A DNA stretch of 62,394 bases, the filler included. It is 8 parts of 8 records of this genome, joined end to end, with 100 filler letters (N's around TTAATTAATTAA, not from the genome) between each part and the next. Parts side by side here need not be neighbours in the genome. Positions count along the whole stretch, not along the records: positions 56,823 to 62,394 come from DRR723986_21769; 7 more parts are not named here. One strand, written 5' to 3'. A program made the translations under genes and the position numbers. The notes under the pieces were generated by a model, which worked only from the letters and a program-made list of their open reading frames with translations, did no database searches and was not told the DNA's origin. The stretch's first letter is position 1, and the number at the start of each line of letters is the position of its first letter. Positions 60,347 to 62,394 of the stretch are shown in pieces.

Positions 60347-61776
60347 AGCGTACCTTCTTTCTGAAGTGATTGCGGGGCAGGGGAGCTACCAGGGTTCACA
60401 CCCTCTAATGTTGCTATGCCACGTGTGAATATTTGACCGAGAGAGCCTTGGTCTGTGTTTTTTGTCGTTTGTTTGGAGACAATTCTTAGGGCGAGTATGG
60501 CCGCAATTAAGAAAAGTAGCGCTTCGACGGCAAAAACTGTGCCGTAGGCAAGTGCGGGTGTGCCGTTAAATGACATGATAAGATCGACACTTGAGGTAGC
60601 TAGAATGCCACCAAGTGCAAATGCTATTGCCTGAGCAGCCCCCCAAATCCCAACGCGTGTGCCTTCACGCTGCGCTATGCCATTACGTGCAAAACTAAAC
60701 ATGCTACCAATGGCACCAACTGCAAATACGCCGTTACCAAAGCCAAGAAAAAATACCAATTTTGGTAAGTCTGCAGCGCCTGCCCAGAAAATGGCACTTG
60801 TTAAAGCAGCAAGTCCAATTGCCGAGAGAACGCAGCCCGAAAGCGTCCAGGTCACCATCGGGATGTTGCGTCTAACAGCTGGAATTCCTCCCACTAGTCC
60901 GACCATAACCATGCCGAGTAGCACGCCTTGGTGCTGCGTTGCAGCAAGTGCTGTAGAGTCACCAACGCTCAGGCCAAATATAAGGCCTGCATATGGTTCA
61001 AGAATAAGGTCTTGCGCGCTGTAAGCCAGCATTGAAACAAACACAAAAATAGCAAACTGACGCACGTTTGGCTCATGCCATATAGCGGCTAATGCAGGGA
61101 GTATTTTTTGTTCGTCTTCATTTTCCTCAGCTGGTTTTACGCTTAGATCAATATATCGTTTTTCTACGCCTGTAACAGCAAGCGTCGCTGCGCCAACGGC
61201 TGAAAGACATATGACAGAGGTAACGAACAGAAGTTGGCTATGGCTGTAGGGCTCAAGCATTTGGCCCGCAGTGGCCGCGCTTATAATGATTCCAATGATC
61301 ATCATAACCCAGGTTATGGTGGCCGCTGCAGGACGGCGCGCTGTGCTTACGGTTCTGGAAATGAGGGCTAACAACGAAGTACCCGCCGCACTAACCCCCA
61401 GCCCTATACCAAAGAATGCTATAGCTGCCACAGCCATGCCGAGTAGACTGGACCATGCCATTAATTGCACGGAGGCCGCCGCGATAATGCTAGATAAGGC
61501 CAGTACCAACATGCCTAATATGATCAATGGAGTGGAACGGCCCCACACATCTACCCGTAATCCCATCATTGGGCGGCTAATTTGTACGGCATAATGTACG
61601 CCAACCAGCACACCCGGCAAAAGGGCCGCTAAACCTAATTCAACGACCATAACCCTGTTTAATGTAGAAGTGGCAAGAACCACTATTGCACCAAGGGCCG
61701 ACTGAACCAGGCCAAGTCGAATGATGCTTATCCAACTAAGGGAGAGCTCTTTGCCTGTTGTCGTCGCGGTGGTCAT
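60343..61776 (-). CDS. PucC-like BCD-family MFS transporter (bacteriochlorophyll delivery)
   Basis: IRLGLVQ..LGAIVVL.TSTLNR.MVVE, QDLILEP, G.WGAAQA.AF; lies between bchG and bchP. Confidence 0.9.
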   Translation of the reverse strand: MTTATTTGKELSLSWISIIRLGLVQSALGAIVVLATSTLNRVMVVELGLAALLPGVLVGVHYAVQISRPMMGLRVDVWGRSTPLIILGMLVLALSSIIAAASVQLMAWSSLLGMAVAAIAFFGIGLGVSAAGTSLLALISRTVSTARRPAAATITWVMMIIGIIISAATAGQMLEPYSHSQLLFVTSVICLSAVGAATLAVTGVEKRYIDLSVKPAEENEDEQKILPALAAIWHEPNVRQFAIFVFVSMLAYSAQDLILEPYAGLIFGLSVGDSTALAATQHQGVLLGMVMVGLVGGIPAVRRNIPMVTWTLSGCVLSAIGLAALTSAIFWAGAADLPKLVFFLGFGNGVFAVGAIGSMFSFARNGIAQREGTRVGIWGAAQAIAFALGGILATSSVDLIMSFNGTPALAYGTVFAVEALLFLIAAILALRIVSKQTTKNTDQGSLGQIFTRGIATLEGVNPGSSPAPQSLQKEGTL

Positions 61777-61859
61777 AGTAGTTCCTTTAGTTATCCCGCG
61801 TTTTAGAACGCTAAACTTGACTTTAAGGTGCTGACGCCAGCACCTAATGAGCTTTGTTC

Positions 61860-62394
61860 TCAGCGAATGTAGCCACCAAGCGCCATTGCAGAGACCATCA
61901 TGCCCAGCACATACAAACTTATGCCCCATAGGCTATACCAAGGGGTTAGTCTTGCGGGGTCTTTGAAGAGGCGTCGCATAAGCGGCAGTTGAATTAAAAT
62001 GCTGGTAGTTATTAAAACTGGTGCCCAAAACATTTCGAGTGACACAAGCACACCAATGACACCTAGTTGCGCCACCAACATAATGCCGGTTGCCCAGTAA
62101 CATGCCTTTTGAACGCCAAGCGTAGCAGGTAAACTTTTGATGCCCATTAATTGGTCGCCTTTAACGGCTTTAAAGTCATTGAGCGTCATAATGCCGTGCG
62201 CACCGATGCTATACAGCAAGGCAATAGACCAAATCTCGTAAGACGGCACGCCAGCGATGACTATTGCTGTCGCCGTAAGCCACGGTAACCCTTCATAGCA
62301 TATGGCAACTGTGGCTGGTCCATACCAACCCGAGCGCTTAAACCGGAATGGCGGTGCGCTATATACCCATGCGCAAGCAAGGCCGAATATTGCA
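61860..62394 (-). CDS. bchG: Bacteriochlorophyll a synthase, C-terminal part
   Basis: YSAPP.R.K..GW.G, YEGLPW, LYS.GAHGIMTLNDFKA..GD, LYVLGMM. Confidence 0.94.
   Translation of the reverse strand, partial: AIFGLACAWVYSAPPFRFKRSGWYGPATVAICYEGLPWLTATAIVIAGVPSYEIWSIALLYSIGAHGIMTLNDFKAVKGDQLMGIKSLPATLGVQKACYWATGIMLVAQLGVIGVLVSLEMFWAPVLITTSILIQLPLMRRLFKDPARLTPWYSLWGISLYVLGMMVSAMALGGYIR

Overview
This window is not one locus. It is eight unrelated contigs, probably from a marine metagenome, joined by 100-nt spacers (N44-TTAATTAATTAA-N44), so no synteny can be read across the spacers. (1) 1-7351: GC-rich gammaproteobacterium (Halieaceae/OM60-like by inference) with tRNA-Met, VOC/CMD/DUF1223 genes and the lolB-ispE-tRNA-Gln-prs-rplY-pth-ychF cluster, followed by a prolyl-4-hydroxylase-like gene. 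(2) 7452-14162: Rhodobacteraceae-like amine catabolic cluster (GabT-like aminotransferase, aldehyde dehydrogenase, Hbd, flavin oxidoreductase, Rieske oxygenase, XRE-cupin regulator, CoA transferase). (3) 14263-23502: part of an intron-containing eukaryotic gene for a giant (about 2900 aa visible) modular extracellular protein. It carries PAN-like, Thr-rich, LamG, AbfB-like, 13 Cys/Trp repeats, VWD-like, sushi and TNFR-like modules, and is the most unusual item here. (4) 23603-30832: Rhodobacteraceae-like pqiA-pqiA-pqiB-pqiC region with the gyrB end. (5) 30933-40891: betaproteobacterial tuf-S10-spc ribosomal protein cluster. (6) 40992-49301: FCB-group contig with an apparently inactive S41 peptidase, carboxy(nor)spermidine genes, an RRM protein, a 13-bp tandem repeat, an orphan InsA-like zinc ribbon and a T9SS cargo. 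(7) 49402-56722: Rhodobacteraceae-like valS, CoxL-like, DUF2235, hrpB, meaB. (8) 56823-62394: an AT-richer photosynthesis gene cluster fragment (bchG-pucC-like-bchP-tspO-orf-idi, with a convergent cytochrome c2). All taxonomic and domain calls come from motif recognition by eye, without database searches.
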